From contig NC_042997.1 in the NCBI RefSeq assembly GCF_006345805.1, positions 13,702,001-13,766,000 of the forward strand: a DNA stretch of 64,000 nucleotides. Reading direction: 5' to 3'. This stretch comes from Octopus sinensis. Lineage: Eukaryota. Below the pieces are notes generated by a model, which worked only from the letters and a program-made list of their open reading frames with translations, did not search any database and was not told the DNA's origin. Both the position numbers and the translations under genes were made by a program. Within the stretch, counting starts at the first letter, position 1, and each line of letters opens with the position of its first letter. This document shows positions 27,085-42,008 of the stretch, piece after piece.

Positions 27085-27437
27085 ATCCCAACCACATGGT
27101 TTCGGTTACCGTCTCATTACGTAGCACATTGGGCAAGTATCTTCTGCTTTAGCCTCGGGCTGATCAAAAAGCCTTCTCGGTGGATTTGGTAGACGGAAAC
27201 TGAAAGAAGCCAGTCGCATATATATATATATATATGAAATTATGTCTGCATTTGTGCCCCACCATCACTTGACAACCGATGTTGGTGTGTTTACGTCCCT
27301 GTAACTTAGCGGTTTGACGAAAGAGACTGATAGCGTCAGTACTAGGTTTCCAAAGAATAAATACTGCAGTGGATTTGTTCGACAGTGCTCCAGCATGGCC
27401 GCAGTCATATGACTGAAAGAAGTAAAACAATAAAAAA
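27085..27437 (+). mobile_element. SINE family B, near full-length, diverged
   Basis: Head, (TA) linker, body and ccagcatggccgcagtc..gactgaaa tail. Confidence 0.8.
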
Positions 27438-27481
27438 GTATATATAGATAGATAGATAGATGTATATATAAAGAGTATATA

Positions 27482-28195
27482 TTACGCTAATAGTTGTACT
27501 AACTTTCATCGGAAACAATTCTTCGTGGCGGAAACCAGCGGATCTATTTTTAGTCGACCACATGGTGGTCACTCGCTTATATTTACGTATAAAATTTATT
27601 GTATTCCTGGTTTTTATGCACTAAGCCATTTGGTGTTAAATTGATGGTGCTATTAAATTAGTATCCAATGTTCTCCCCCTTATTAGTTGATTGTAATTAT
27701 ACTGCATTTAATTTTTGATGTAGTACCTGTTTCCGTAAATTTTGGTGGACTTTGGCGGGGGCACTTGAATTATAACGGCGAATACAATCGACTGAACCGC
27801 ATGTGTGTTTATCGTTATGGTAAAATCAGGCATGCGGTTGAGTAAATTGTATTCTAGACAAATTCAGCCGAGGAGCTACAGATACGTTATGTGAGTAAAA
27901 TTACATAATTTATTAATAGCGAAACAATTGTCCTGAATTAATCTGCATTTTTATTATTTTTATTTGTCCTGTTCGTTTACGCTAATAGTTGTGCTAACTT
28001 TCATCGGAAACAATTCTTCGTGGCTGAAACCAGCGGATCTATTTTTAGTGCTAGAGTCGACTACATGGTGGTCACTCTCTTATATTTACATATAAAATTT
28101 ATTGTATTCCTGGTTTTTATGCACTAAGCCACTTGGTGTTAAATTGATGGTGCTATTAAATTAGTATCCAATTTTCTCACCCTTATTAGTTGAGC
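27482..28195 (+). repeat. About 215-bp direct duplication (27482-27690 / 27977-28195)
   Basis: High identity; the second copy has a small insertion near gctagagtcgac. Confidence 0.9.
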
Positions 28196-28304
28196 ATATA
28201 TATATATATATATATGTACATATATATATATATACGCACAGACACTCACACACACACACACATACATATATATATACATATACGCACACACACGTAAGGT
28301 TATA

Positions 28305-28757
28305 TTTATCCCCACTTCAAAGGGGGGGTTAGAACACAGTATATATTGCGATAATTACCATGGGAAAACCTCTCATATGGACTTGCAGAGCATATATGCA
28401 ATTGTGTTTATATCGCTAGTGGGAGGTTATCATCCTTCATCTCCGCAGGGACAACTAGATCAAGTGTTTTCGTACATCTTTCGTAGCAAAAAGCTAAAGG
28501 TAACAGTGATTCCTCCACTAGCGATATACATAGATTCTCAGTACCTAATGAAGCACTTTTATTACAAATGGGCTAGCCAAGGAACGCCGAAATCACATGA
28601 TCTGGTAGATACAGTGGTGATGGCGGATGATTATCTTCCCATAGCGATATAAACATAAGTGTTTATATGCACCACAAGTCCATTTGTGAGGTCTCTCTTG
28701 GGAAATATCACAGTATTCTGTGTTCTAACATTACATCCACTATTAAATGGGGATAAA
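28305..28757. mobile_element. Old fold-back/MITE-like element with about 150-bp diverged TIRs
   Basis: tttatcccca..gttagaacacag..atggacttg..gtttatatcgcta mirrored at the right end. Confidence 0.6.
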
Positions 28758-29159
28758 AAAACTAACATTTGATATTAATACTGCTTCTGTCACTATTAAT
28801 TATATATACATATCAACATATAAGCACGAGTGCACGCATACACACACATACACAGAAATACATATTTATATATACACACACACACACACACACATACATA
28901 TTTATATATACATACATACACACATACACATAAACATATGCACGTATGCATAGAGACTGACAGAGAGGTAAACAGACATTCAGATGGGCAAATAACAGTT
29001 GAGCAAAATATAAAGATATGTATATAGATATACAGATAGACAGACAGGTAGATAGATATATAGATGTATATATTAATTTATCTTAAAATATTGCACACAG
29101 ACACTCATAAGCTTGCACACGCGAACGTATTCACGGAGACAAAGATATATGTGCAGTGT

Positions 29160-29565
29160 ATACTCTTTTTACTCTTTTACTTGTTTTAGTCATTTGACTG
29201 CGGCCAGGCTGGAGCACCACCTTTAGTCGAGCAAATCGACTCCGGGACTTATTCTTTGTAAGCCCAGTACTTATTCTATCGGTCTCTTTTGCCGAACCGC
29301 TAAGTGATGGCGACGTAAACACACCAGCATCGGTTGTCAAGCGATGTTGGGGGGGGGGACAAACACAGACATACAAACATACACGCACACATATGTATAT
29401 ATATATATACATATATACGATGGGCTTCTTTCATTTTCCGTCTACCCAATCCACTCACAAGGCTTTGGTCGACCCGAGGCTATAGTAGAAGTCACTTGCC
29501 CAAGATGCCCGGAACCATATGGTTGGTAAGCAAGCTACTTACCACACAGCCACTCCAGCGCCTAT
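29160..29565 (-). mobile_element. SINE family B, full-length
   Basis: Complete head-body-tail with (AAAAGAGT)n-type end. Confidence 0.88.
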
Positions 29566-29652
29566 ATGTATGTAATTTGAATACGTGTATTCGTGTGTAT
29601 ATGAGATTTTGGTTCTGTTGTTGCCTGCCTTCATATTATTGCTACAATTACG

Positions 29653-29684
<32 letters not shown>

Positions 29685-29887
29685 CATAGCGTTCGGGTGA
29701 ATATATGTACATGACTGTATATGAGTGTGTATGTGCATAATGTGCATGTGTGTCTGCATAACGTAATTGAAGCAATAATATAAAGGCAGGCAACAACAGA
29801 ACCAAAGTCTCATACACACGAATACACGTATGTATATATACATGCATATATATATATATATATACACACACATGCACACACACAAAT

Positions 29888-29935
<48 letters not shown>

Positions 29936-30437
29936 AAAGCATATTCACATTCGAGGCCATACAAGAAGCATATTTATCATTGTAAAAGGACATACTTGAA
30001 AACATATACGATATATTTTTTTAACATAAAATTAGGTTCTAAAGGAGAAATATTTCCAACAATACAATATACACTTGTTTCCATTATTTTTTTAATATGC
30101 TAAATCAAAAATAAATAAAATTTATTCTAGAAAATTTAGAATATATATTTAAATATTTTTTCCTAAAACAAATGTATTTAGGAAAATGTCATATATTACA
30201 AACTGCCCTTCAGTCCAGTGGAATTTAAAAAATAGTTTCAAAAGTTTAATACATGTACGATGGATTTTTCTTTCAAAACAGCTACTTATAGTTTATATAT
30301 TTTGCGTACTTATATTTATATATACATTTGAGAATAGATACATGCACGTACATATATGTATATATATATATAAATGCATATATATATATACATACATACA
30401 TACATACATACATACAAGCATATATATATATGCAATC

Positions 30438-30502
<65 letters not shown>

Positions 30503-30779
30503 ATAGACAGATATATATAGATAGATAAATAGATAGACAGACAGAAAGATAGTCATATATACATATGTGTATATATATGTATGTTTGTTTGTATATATAT
30601 ATATATGTATATATATGTATTTATATATATGTGTATGTATGTACGCACACATACATATATACATACATATATATATATATATTCATATATATATATATCT
30701 ATGTATACATGCATATATACATCATATATATATATATGTATACTTACATATATACACACTCACACACACACACATATAT

Positions 30780-30814
<35 letters not shown>

Positions 30815-31355
30815 TATATTCAGATATATATATATGTATACATGCATATATACATCATATATATATATACATATGTATATATATTCGCGTATATATATAT
30901 ATATATATATATGATATATATATATCAATGAATGCAGTTTTATACATGAAATACAGAAATTTAATCATTTATAAATCATAGACGTGTGTGAGTCTATTAT
31001 TATACTCATACATCTTAAATATATTCTTGCAACTATACACGCATAGCATACATATATTCTTGAACACATAACTTACATGTACATTGTTGCGCAGATATGA
31101 AGGTTTATTTATAAACTCTTACACTCTTACACACACACACACATATTTATGTGTGTGCGAGTTATTTGTACTTAAGCATATACACATGCATTTATGTGCT
31201 TGTGGGTGTGTATACAGAGAAATGCGTATGTAGTGCGGGCTTTTCTGTATAGGAAATAAATATTTGTAGGTGAAATCCGTATACATATACATATGTATGA
31301 GCCTGTATTGTATATTTATAGACACTTTGTGTATTTTAGCAAATTATTTTTGTGT

Positions 31356-31394
<39 letters not shown>

Positions 31395-31508
31395 TGTGTG
31401 TATGTACGCGAGTGTGTGCGTATGTTTTGTATATATACACACACATATAAATATATACAGAACATAAACCACAGACACATATGTATGTAAGAGGGTGTAT
31501 TTGTTCGC

Positions 31509-31546
<38 letters not shown>

Positions 31547-32214
31547 AAATGCGTGAGATCCTTGGCATGTGTGTATGTATGTATGTTGTACGTATGTATG
31601 TATGCGTGCATCATGTATGTATATATATAAGTATATAAGGTGTGTATGATTTCCTTTTGTTTGAGATATGAAAATGTGTGAAAGATGGCTACATTAAACT
31701 ACTTGGAGTTTTAAACTTCAAAATCTTTATATTTTTATTGTTTATGTTTACAATAAGCGCCATTGTGTTATAGTAATTGTTACCTGCACTAGAATATATT
31801 TGCACGTAGGCATATGTTTACATACTCGCACCTACGTATCTATGTGTGCAGATATGCTTATATGCCCATAATTATAACTGGAGAATTAGACCTGAGCCTC
31901 TAATTGTATGTATATGGGCTGTTTCTAATAACGTATCAGTAGGGCTGTTGTACAAGTTGATTATAACGTTGTTGGATTTTACTGGTTATTACTTATTAGA
32001 AATTGGCGCAATTTAATTGCGTTTTTTTTTTGGTAACATATGTGTTACATAATAAATGTTGTAATATTAAGAATATATTTTCAGACTTTAAATTCCATGT
32101 TTTCCCATCAATTCTGATAATAACTTCTCTCAAAATTTTGGGGCATGTTTCACGAGAAGGTTTGTTGATAAGAACTTTGTGATAAGCTATATGTATGTGA
32201 GAGAGCGTATTCAT

Positions 32215-32264
<50 letters not shown>

Positions 32265-32433
32265 AGATATAGATAGATACGTGTGTGTATTGATAGAAAT
32301 TATGTTATATATATATGTATATATATAGAGAGAGATATAAAACATATATGTTTATATATGCATACATATACATATATAAAATTGAAGATATATATTATAC
32401 ATATTTCTACACACACACACATATATATAATAT

Positions 32434-32483
<50 letters not shown>

Positions 32484-33251
32484 AAGTTTACCTGACATTA
32501 TGTTTAAGTGAGTTGTATTGTTTTCTTTGCATTGGAAATGGATGGTAAGTTTTTATGTCAGTGATGATGTCATCATCATCTGAATTTTAGCCACTGGAAA
32601 CATAAGCGCCTGTGTGTAGTTTCTCGATCAGTTAAAAATTGGTACTAAATCTCCCTCGCTGTAAACTTTATTATTTTAAAGGATGGAGGATATAAGAGAA
32701 TACATTTGTATATACTGTTTGCCTACAAATATAAATACGAAAATGTGCTCATGCTTACGAATTTCTTAATCATGGGGAAGAGAAAATAGACTGTCCTTCA
32801 CTCTGTTGAACCAGTAATGCTATCACTATTGTTAGAAAATATTAATTATATTTCCATGTTATATAATTATACCATATATAGACCTAGTGTTGAAACCATA
32901 ATGACATGCGTTAGATAGCTGAAGATGGGATTTACACGTATAATGTACTTCTTGAATGTGAATCTTTTGCACAGTCTGTTCTTATGGTTCTAAGTTACCC
33001 TTTATTTGAAAGTTTACTACTGAAAAAATTAAACTTGTTTAGGGAGTTCTTGGTTCCTCGGATCCTGGTTCTATTTTATACATTATAATAAGTATTAATA
33101 TTACGTATTTGTCCTTCACTGGGATTCCAATTTTATCAAGGGTAATGTTTGATTTTCTATTTTATGGAAATTTTTCTGCACATATTCAATTTATTTTTTT
33201 ACAATAGTAATCCATATATACAGAACGAAAGAATGTGTGTGTGTGTATGTC

Positions 33252-33284
<33 letters not shown>

Positions 33285-36200
33285 AAATGAGAGAGAGAGA
33301 GAAATAGTCCATTATTACACACCACAGTGCACAAACACACATAGACGCACACACGCACAGGCACACATATTCGTGAAGCGTGTATGTGTGACAGGATGCT
33401 AAATTCGTGTTCATTTGCCTACATAAGAGAACAGAGTTGTGTTCTTGCCTTCCTATACACTATTTTCTCAATTACACATGCACTCACGCACGCATACACT
33501 TGTTTACATGCATTCAAGAAACATTTTAAAAGTGGATACCTTACAAGAAGCTTGTGAACCATCATAGCTACGCAAGTGAAAATTTATGTCCATTAAACAT
33601 GTAAGGGAGTCCCTATATGGACATTCGATACAGTAGGAACAGCAGCTAAATATATTCAAACTACATTCTACCGGCTTAAAATTATGTTAACTTATATTTT
33701 AATCGTAGATAAATTCTATTTGAATAAATTTATAAGATGGCCACATCTAGGAAACTTTCAATTTTTCTCGATAATAGTTGAGATGAGATAAACAACAAAA
33801 GGTGTATGAAAATTGAAAAGCAAAAAGACAAATTACAAAGGATGATAAATTCATAAACTTTCTTCTTATTTATCAGTTTATGATATAACATCTAATAAGG
33901 CGGTAAGCTAATAGAATCGGTAGCATGTCGGACAAAACGCTTAGCACCATTTCGTCTGCTTTTACGTTCTGAGTTTAAATTTATTCTGCCAGGGTCGAGT
34001 TTAGCTTTCATCCCTTCCGGGTCGACAAAAAAGGATAATGTTTGAGCACTGGGGTCGATGTAAGCGACTTACTCCATCGATATTATAACATCTAAAAGAT
34101 GTCACTTCATTATTCATCCTTGGTGAATGTAACTTTGTCCACGAGGAATTGATGTTATCAGACGGTTTCCAGCGATCAACAGTCATTTCGATCTTGAACC
34201 GTACCACCTCTCTCTTGATGTGTCAGCAGCAGTGGCCAAATAAATCCTCATCTTCCTATTTCTTACTTCCATCTTGTGCACAGTAACCTTTTGCTCGTTA
34301 ACTCTTATTGCAATGATTGTAAACATTCTCCGCACTGACTGGGCAAGGACATAATATAACGTTTCACAGACACCGCTTCAGAGCAGTATTCTGGCTCTTT
34401 ATGGAGCACCAGTAAAATAATTGATGCCCTTTAAGCTATAAGAAGGGCTTCAATCTTTGTTTTAAGATAAAACATGATCTAACTCTTTCGTACCTTGCTT
34501 GTTTTCTTTTCTTTATTTCAGTTCATTTTATTCATTGCACATTTTATGTAGTTACTATTATCTCTGTTTTGTTTAGTAGATTTTTCATGCTTATTGTATC
34601 AAGGCTAACATTTATTTCCTATTCTGTTCATACAGACCTCAGTATGATGCACCACATTTTGCTATAAAATAAAATTCAAAATAAAAACACCAACTTCAAG
34701 AAGACCCCATTGGAAACACAAAATGATAGTACATCAAGTAAATCATATCTTCCTGAAGATCTTCAAAACTAGTGTGCAAAATAAATCCGCCATTCGAGAC
34801 ATATAATAAGGTTGTGGTTGGTCTGAGGTGATGGTAGGGGATGATGATGATGTCTTGTAAGTTGAGCTACAATTCAAACATCATAAAGCATCGCAGTTAT
34901 AACCATGCTGCACCTTCCCAAATCAAACGTCCTCCGTATCACATCATATATCATTTTTAAGAAGTTAAAGAGTGGTTTGAGAAAAATTTGACTTCTATTT
35001 CTAGCAGGTTGAGCGACAACCATGAAGCACTATTGTTGGCTGGTATATCATCATATATTCTGCTATACACTGAGAACTTAATGCATTTTTTCCTATCAAA
35101 GATCGAAAGATTTCTCAGAAGAACGACTGGAAATGTTTGTTAATTGTATAATCAATGAAGTAGGTTCTTTATATAGGGGTTCTTCTAAAGTCGTGTTTCG
35201 GAACTGTCTTCTCTGAATTGAATAAACTTTACAGATTGGTGTTCTTTAATCGGAATATTTTTTCTTTAAATGCTATTCAGATTTGAGAAGAGAATTTGTT
35301 CGTTTGATCGTTTGAAATTCCAGGATTATTGACTATTAGACAGTAACAGAAATCAGAATTTAAGCAAACTTAAATTGAAGATTTACTAGTGATTCGCATG
35401 ATTAAATTAATTATTGAATAGGTGAATGAGAGTCGTAGGTGTGACAAAGCTTACATCTAGTTAGATGAGGCAAAATAAAGTGAGGAGATTGGCATAAATG
35501 AATACATGACACTCATCGGTATTTATTTAATTAATTCTAAAGTATATTTAGATTGAGGAATTTTCTGTAATACTTTTTAACTAAGTTATCAATTTTAACT
35601 ATGATATAGGTATTCATTAATTTTATAAAACTGGGCATATTTTTGGACGTAAATATTTGGACATAAAAATATGGTTTTCATTCTCACTAAAATCAAAGTT
35701 AATATTCCTAGTGGTGGCTGTTGTGGTTGCGCCAGTAGATTTTCGGTGTTGCAGTTAGAGTTCAAGCGATAGAATGACTTCGCATCGAATTGATTTGAGA
35801 TTTGAAACGTTTAGGAAGAAATTTACCATTACGTCTGTACCTCGTGATAGAGCACTTCGAACTATTTACTGTCCACTCGGAATATGATTTTACGTCGAAA
35901 AGACTTGCTGATCAATTGAAATTTACATATAGTTCGTAAATAATTTCTTTACATAAGCTTTTTAGCGTTGAAGTTTGATGGTAAATGCACAGGTACAAAG
36001 GAAATACGAAAAGAGGTTTGGAAAGCAATCCGGTTGGTCTTCCTTTTTATGTCTATGTTATGTCATTGGGGGTTTTGACTATCTCGTCGGCAATAATGTT
36101 ATGACAACGTTGGGTTGTGACAAGGGTGTAGAATAGTATTACCCAAATAAATGTTTGGATATGGTTATCTAGAATAACATTTCACGGAATTAATATGTTC

Positions 36201-36417
36201 ACACAGAACATAATCTGTAGTACCCCAAACTACGATATTAAACTGACACAAGGCGTTAGTCTAGTTTTAGTCACGTGGAGGTAGTCATCATCCTTCCACA
36301 GCAGCCTACAAATAAGTTGCATTTTAAGACAAGATGTTTGTATCTGTCTATGATATATTTGGGGCAAAATCTATATAAGTTTGGGAGAAAATCTTTTAGT
36401 ATAATTTGTAGTACAGC

Positions 36418-36882
36418 CAGTCATTAGTCACGTGGGGGCTATAGGGTGCTCAGCACCCCCAGTTAGAATTTCACCCCCACCCCCCTATATGAGAATTTGT
36501 TTTATCCACTTTTGAAATAATACATTGTCGCCGCCATCTTTTTCTCATAAGCAATATCTGAACTCGTTAAAAATGTTATAAATTGAATTTCTTTTGAATT
36601 AGTAGTTAAGTGATATGAAAACGTGGTTAACTTAGAGCTGGTGAACGTGTTTGTTGTAGCTGTAATTTTTTTATCGCAGAATTGGCTACTGACCCGGTCA
36701 TCAACTGTGGGTTGAGTTAAGGAGTAGGTGACGCTGGGTTAGTTGCTGTTGTTGTTGTGGTGGTGGTGCTCATGGTGTCAACGGCAGTGGTGGTGCTGGT
36801 GATTGTCGTTGCTGTTGAAAAATATGTGAAGAATTATGGTAGTAAACGCATCTCTCTCTACACACACACGCACACACACACA

Positions 36883-36956
<74 letters not shown>

Positions 36957-38703
36957 AAGTTAATCCAAACAAGAAAACAAAAAGACAACAACGCGAGGAT
37001 GTGGAACAAATAAAGTATTATTGGGCGCTCAGGAAAGAAGGGAAGAAGGAGGTTACGACGTTTCGAGCGGAGCTCTTCGTCGGAAATATAGGAGAAAGAA
37101 AGATCCCGAGGTGGGAGGACAGAGGGAAAAAAATGCAAGTGGTCTTCACGAGGTCACGAACAGAGACGGACATTAAAAAGTCATTTTATATCTACTAGTC
37201 AAAGAGGATTATTATTCACGATAAAGGAAAGAAAATTTTTGAAATTTCCCAAAATATACATTCAGAAAGGATTTTTCAGGGGAGAAATTTCACTGAATAA
37301 TTTTTCTTATTTCTTTGAACAAAATTTATACTGAAATCATTTTGTGTTTAACTAAAAAAGCATAACTATGAAGAAATAGGGGAAAATACTTGAACTTAAA
37401 TTTCTTACGAGTTTAGTTTTAAAATACATAAATTTTAAGAAATTGTTACTCTTACTACGATATTCTACCTTAGAATTCCTTATTGCAAATATCAGTACCC
37501 AAAAATAATGAATCACTACCGAAAAAGAGAACTGAAGCAATCATTGCTGAATTTCCAATCTGATTCACCTAATAATGCTAAACAGAAGAGAATTGCAAAC
37601 GAAGTTTCGCAGCTCAAGGGAGGTCTTGCATGGCCCCCTCATTGGATGATCTTGGACAGGTCGAGTGCCAAACAGTGCAGCCAGTTCTAGAAAAGTTTGA
37701 TCCAAAAATTTATGGAAATCAAAGAAGTGACTTCTCGTCAAGCTGGTATATTGGTCGTTTATGTTTAGAGTATTTTCTTTCAAAGAAAGCCTTGTTTTCT
37801 TTTGCTTGTCGGCACTTTAATACTTCTGCTCAAGCTGATAATTGTTTTATTAAAAATGGATATTCTAATTGGCATCATGCAAAAGAAAACAAAACGAAGC
37901 ACGCAAAAGCTGCATCCCATATCCAAGCTATGGTAACATGGAAGGAATGCCAACAGCGTTTATCCACAACAACATCCGTGTCTTCATACTTGCAAAATGA
38001 TCAGTTGAACAAAAATCGTTATTATATCAGTTCCATTGTTGATATTGTTCATTTTCTTTGTGCAAATAAATTGCCTTTTCAAGGAAACAGAAATGAAGCT
38101 TTTCAGGATCTTTATTCAGAAGATGACACACAGCCTTGTTGGTCTTTTTATGAAATTATTCCAGTACACATTAGAGAAAGACTCAAAGGTAATGGAATGT
38201 TACAGCACGATTCCAAAAAATGCGACCTACACCTCAGCAGCAATGCAAAACAAAATCATCGAATGGTTGAGAAGACACACTGTCAGCCGCGTGGTCGATG
38301 TTTATTTGAAATTATATAAAAAATAATGTTTAAAGATTTGGCTGTTATCTCTAGCATGTTGAAAGACCTATTAGGCTTAACTATGTGCTTATTGAAAACC
38401 ATTTAAAAACATATTGGAGTCGATACATTCGACTAAAAATTCTTCGAGGTGATGCCCCAGTAAGGCCTCAGTTTAATGATTGCAACAAGTAAAATGAAAA
38501 TAAAAACGAAATAGATCAGAAGTTTTGACCAGGCTAGGCGTCAAGAAATGTGAAAAAAAAATGAAAACAATAATCGAAAAATATAAGCATGAGGCTTTAG
38601 CCCACTTTAATACTTTAAGTAGGGGCTTTTGTCCGTACCCTTGTTCAGCACCTCCAGCTATCAAGATAGCACCCCCAGTTGCAATCAGCTGGCTACGTGG
38701 CTG
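36418..38703 (+). mobile_element. Internally deleted hAT DNA transposon with ZMYM1-like/TTF zinc finger plus DUF4371-type transposase N-terminus
   Basis: Perfect 8-bp TSD AGTACAGC (36410-36417 / 38704-38711). TIR CAGTCATTAGTC vs rc CAGCCACGTAGCC. Subterminal agcaccccc motifs. ORF 37630-38319 gives FSSSWY..LEY.....FSFACRHF...GYSNW..H..A..H..AM..W and IVHFLCANKLPFQG. Confidence 0.88.
36957..37150 (-). mobile_element. PLE pseudo-LTR nested in the hAT element, with degenerate hammerhead (about 37051-37087)
   Basis: Reverse complement is ttt CCGACGA a gagc tcc gctc GAAA CG TC gtaa, with poor stem I. The tail matches 42254-42310, 42475-42552 and 62748-62832. Confidence 0.65.
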
Positions 38704-39149
38704 AGTACAGCACTCTATTATTTTACGCGCAGTGTGTTGTTTTTATACTTCTTTCCATATAAAATTTTAAGAGTAATCTGGAAATCGATGACACTGACAA
38801 GATACTAAAAATACAAACAAAATCAGTGCAGACATGCCTAGAGAAAAAACACATTCAAACAGAATGTTCTAATTGAATATAGTAAAATAGTGGTTTGTAC
38901 TTTTATAAAATATCGCATTCATATTATAGTCACTACCGATATAAGTATAGTTATCTATTGAGATATATTAAAGCTAAAAAACGATAAATATCAACACTAC
39001 AGAAAGCTCAATAATAAGCTGATGTACGTAAATAAAGATTGTAACTGCGCGCCAAATACAATACACGTTAAGTTATTGATATAAAAGTAATAACTAATAT
39101 ATAGTCAGTTACATCAATCTTCAGTGCGTGTTCCAGTTATTACCTAAAC

Positions 39150-39900
39150 CCCATCATAAAATACATGTCGAATCAGTCTATAGAAACTACTAACAAAATA
39201 CACAGTAATAAAGTAGAAGTAGAAAGCATAGCATCATTTTGTTCAATTTCACCCCAAGAAATATCAAAAATGAAGTTAATTTTTTTCAGCCCTAATTAAA
39301 AAAATAACACCACCCAACCAGTCATATATACTATACATTACCCAATAGATGACGTCAATGCCGGTTACAGCCGAACAAAGATTTTCAACAGTATAAAAAC
39401 AAGTAAACCTCAAGGCTCAGTTTTCACAAAGCCAGGAAAACAAATATAACAGCATTTCAAATTCATCATCAAGGGAGTTATTTACGAAGTGAATGTAAAA
39501 TTTCAGGCAAATAGGACGAAACAAGGGAAAAAAATCTACCACTGGTATGAACGAAGGCATCTTTAAAAGCTTTTTCGTCAGTCATGAATCTAACTTTTTC
39601 GAATGAGAAAAACGGAAATACAAAAGCCTTATCCACGTATATGCGTTACGTGAAATGACAATGATATCACAATCAGAGACGTCAAAATACAGTAAAAAGA
39701 AAAAAAAGAATTTTAGCCAGGAATTTGCAGCAGGAAAATAATTTATTGATCTACTGAAGGTAAAAGAAATACGATCATTATATACCGGCGTTAATTTCGT
39801 TAGCATTGAAAAAAACTCTTTGTTGATATATCATGAACGAAAGCGTCTCCGGCGATAAACTTGAAGCAATGGAAAAAGTATTCAACTTCGATAATGGTTA
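39150..39900 (+). mobile_element. Decayed PLE C-terminal (GIY-YIG) fragment
   Basis: IILFNF (cf. IIWFNPP), DVNAGYSRT (cf. NVKVSYSCT), KGVIYEVNV...KKIY(T)GMNEGIFK, NTKALSTYM.YVK. Frameshifted. Confidence 0.6.
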
Positions 39901-40271
39901 CATGCATACATATACATTATATAAAGAAAGTTTGAGAAACATTTTAGAGGCATGGTATATACTTGCATGAGTTATTACATCTAGAGTACTTTACTCTGAT
40001 TAAGAAGTTGGATTTTAAGAATTTACACTCTTTGTGCCAATCCTTACGTAAGCATCATACAAACTACAAACTATACTTCATATATATATATATAATAAAT
40101 ATTAGGGAATAAATCCAAATTTACAGGGAAAAATCAGATTTAGGACTAAATCCAATTTTATAGTAAAATATTATATAATATTAATTAGAGACAAAACCAC
40201 TATTTTGCAAACAAAACAACAGGAAAGACTTAATCAATACATAAAATTTTAATAAAAAGTCAAAAAAACCG

Positions 40272-40314
40272 CCACTACAATTGTTTCTTGTCCTGATCGA
40301 CAATCTTCAGGTGG
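40272..40314 (-). ncRNA. Minimal type I hammerhead ribozyme (intact)
   Basis: Exact reverse complement of 42009-42051. Confidence 0.88.
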
Positions 40315-41091
40315 ACTTCCAATCTAAAATATCAATATTTTAAATATAAAAAATAATAATTTTAAAATAATTAAAGTATCAATGAAAAAATATAAATATA
40401 TAATCTATATATAACCTATATATAATCCATATATAATCAATATATAACAATATATAAACTAAAATAAACCTATCAACATTAAATATAAATATAAATATAA
40501 ATATAAAACAAAATAAAAATAAACTATATATACACCCATACACATATAACTAATTATATATAACCATATCTAAATACATACACTAAATCACACACCTATA
40601 TATATATCCCTATACATACACATAAAGACGTCTAGGCAACGATAAATAAATAAAAAGCCAAATACTTCAACACAATACTTATTCATACTCTCACACACAC
40701 ATACAACCCACATTCATAAACAATATACGTAAACCCGCTCACACATACATATACAAACATACAGAACTCGATATATACACCAATATATTCACACCCACAA
40801 CTATACAGATAAATAAATTACGCAAATAATCCCCCCCCCCCACACACACACACCCATTCACACATACATAAACACTCAAAAGCAAAATAAATAATTCTTT
40901 GCACTTGTTGATCAAACGTTTTTTTTTTAAATTATAAATGGAATAATATATATCAACTTAAATATACAGAATCTACTACAAAACACCAATAAACGATCAT
41001 GATAAATGAAACCCACATACATATTATGATAAAACTAACTCTCCCCTACCATACACATTACCCTATATAGCAAACCCATATACACATTCAC

Positions 41092-41203
41092 TAAATGATG
41101 TTCGTTTCCAGAGCGGGAATACTTTTTATACACATGTAAGGTTCCTATGGTAACCCCACATATGTACAAAAAGCACTCCCGCTCCGGAAACGAACATCAT
41201 TTA
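41092..41203 (-). repeat. 112-bp palindrome, 52-bp stem (hairpin MITE or RNA hairpin)
   Basis: Forward vs reverse-complement comparison shows 7 mismatches in 52 bp, all transitions. TA at both ends. Confidence 0.9.
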
Positions 41204-42008
41204 AAATTATGAATGGAGAAATGGAATAAATGGAATTAAAAATTATATTCACGTGGTAAAACGAACATTACTTAAAAATTATGATGAAATAATGTAATAA
41301 AATAACAAACATCGTAAAAGACATAAATTACTACGAATTATTTAATAAAACTACCATGATAAACTAAAACTCATAAAAACATATAATGATAAAATCTCCC
41401 TTTACTAAACTCTATAACAACCTATATAGCAATCCCCTAACCTAAACATTCACACACAATACACACACGTAAACCACACACCCACGACATATACAATACC
41501 CCTCCCCCTCACTCACCATACCTATACATACGTATAAACCTCAATATATACACCAAAAACCCACTCCCACCCCACACAGATAAATGACAATACATCCCCA
41601 ACCTATATAGCAAACCCATAACACATTCACACACAAATATACATACGTAAAACACACACACACAACATATACATATACTCCCTCACATATACATATACAT
41701 ACTCACTAAACTCGATATATATAGGTGTGTGATTTAGTGTATGTATTTAGATATGGTTATATATAATTAGTTATATGTGTATGGGTGTATATATAGTTTA
41801 TTTTTATTTTGTTTTATATTTATATTTATATTTATATTTAATTGTTGATAGGTTTATTTTAGTTTATATATTGTTTATATATTGATTATATATGGATTAT
41901 ATATAGGTTATATATAGATTATATATTTATATTTTTTCATTGATACTTTAATTATTTTAAAATTATTATTTTTTATATTTTAAAATATTGATATTTTAGA
42001 TTGGAAGT

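Noticed and set aside
34085-34370. Possible RTE-type LINE C-terminal remnant (minus strand) and RTE 5' UTR-like sequence at 48760-48930
   Set aside because: Similarity is too weak to support without a database search.
39843-39885. gtct ccggcga ... gaaa after the 39-kb PLE fragment
   Set aside because: No stem II or stem III pairing.
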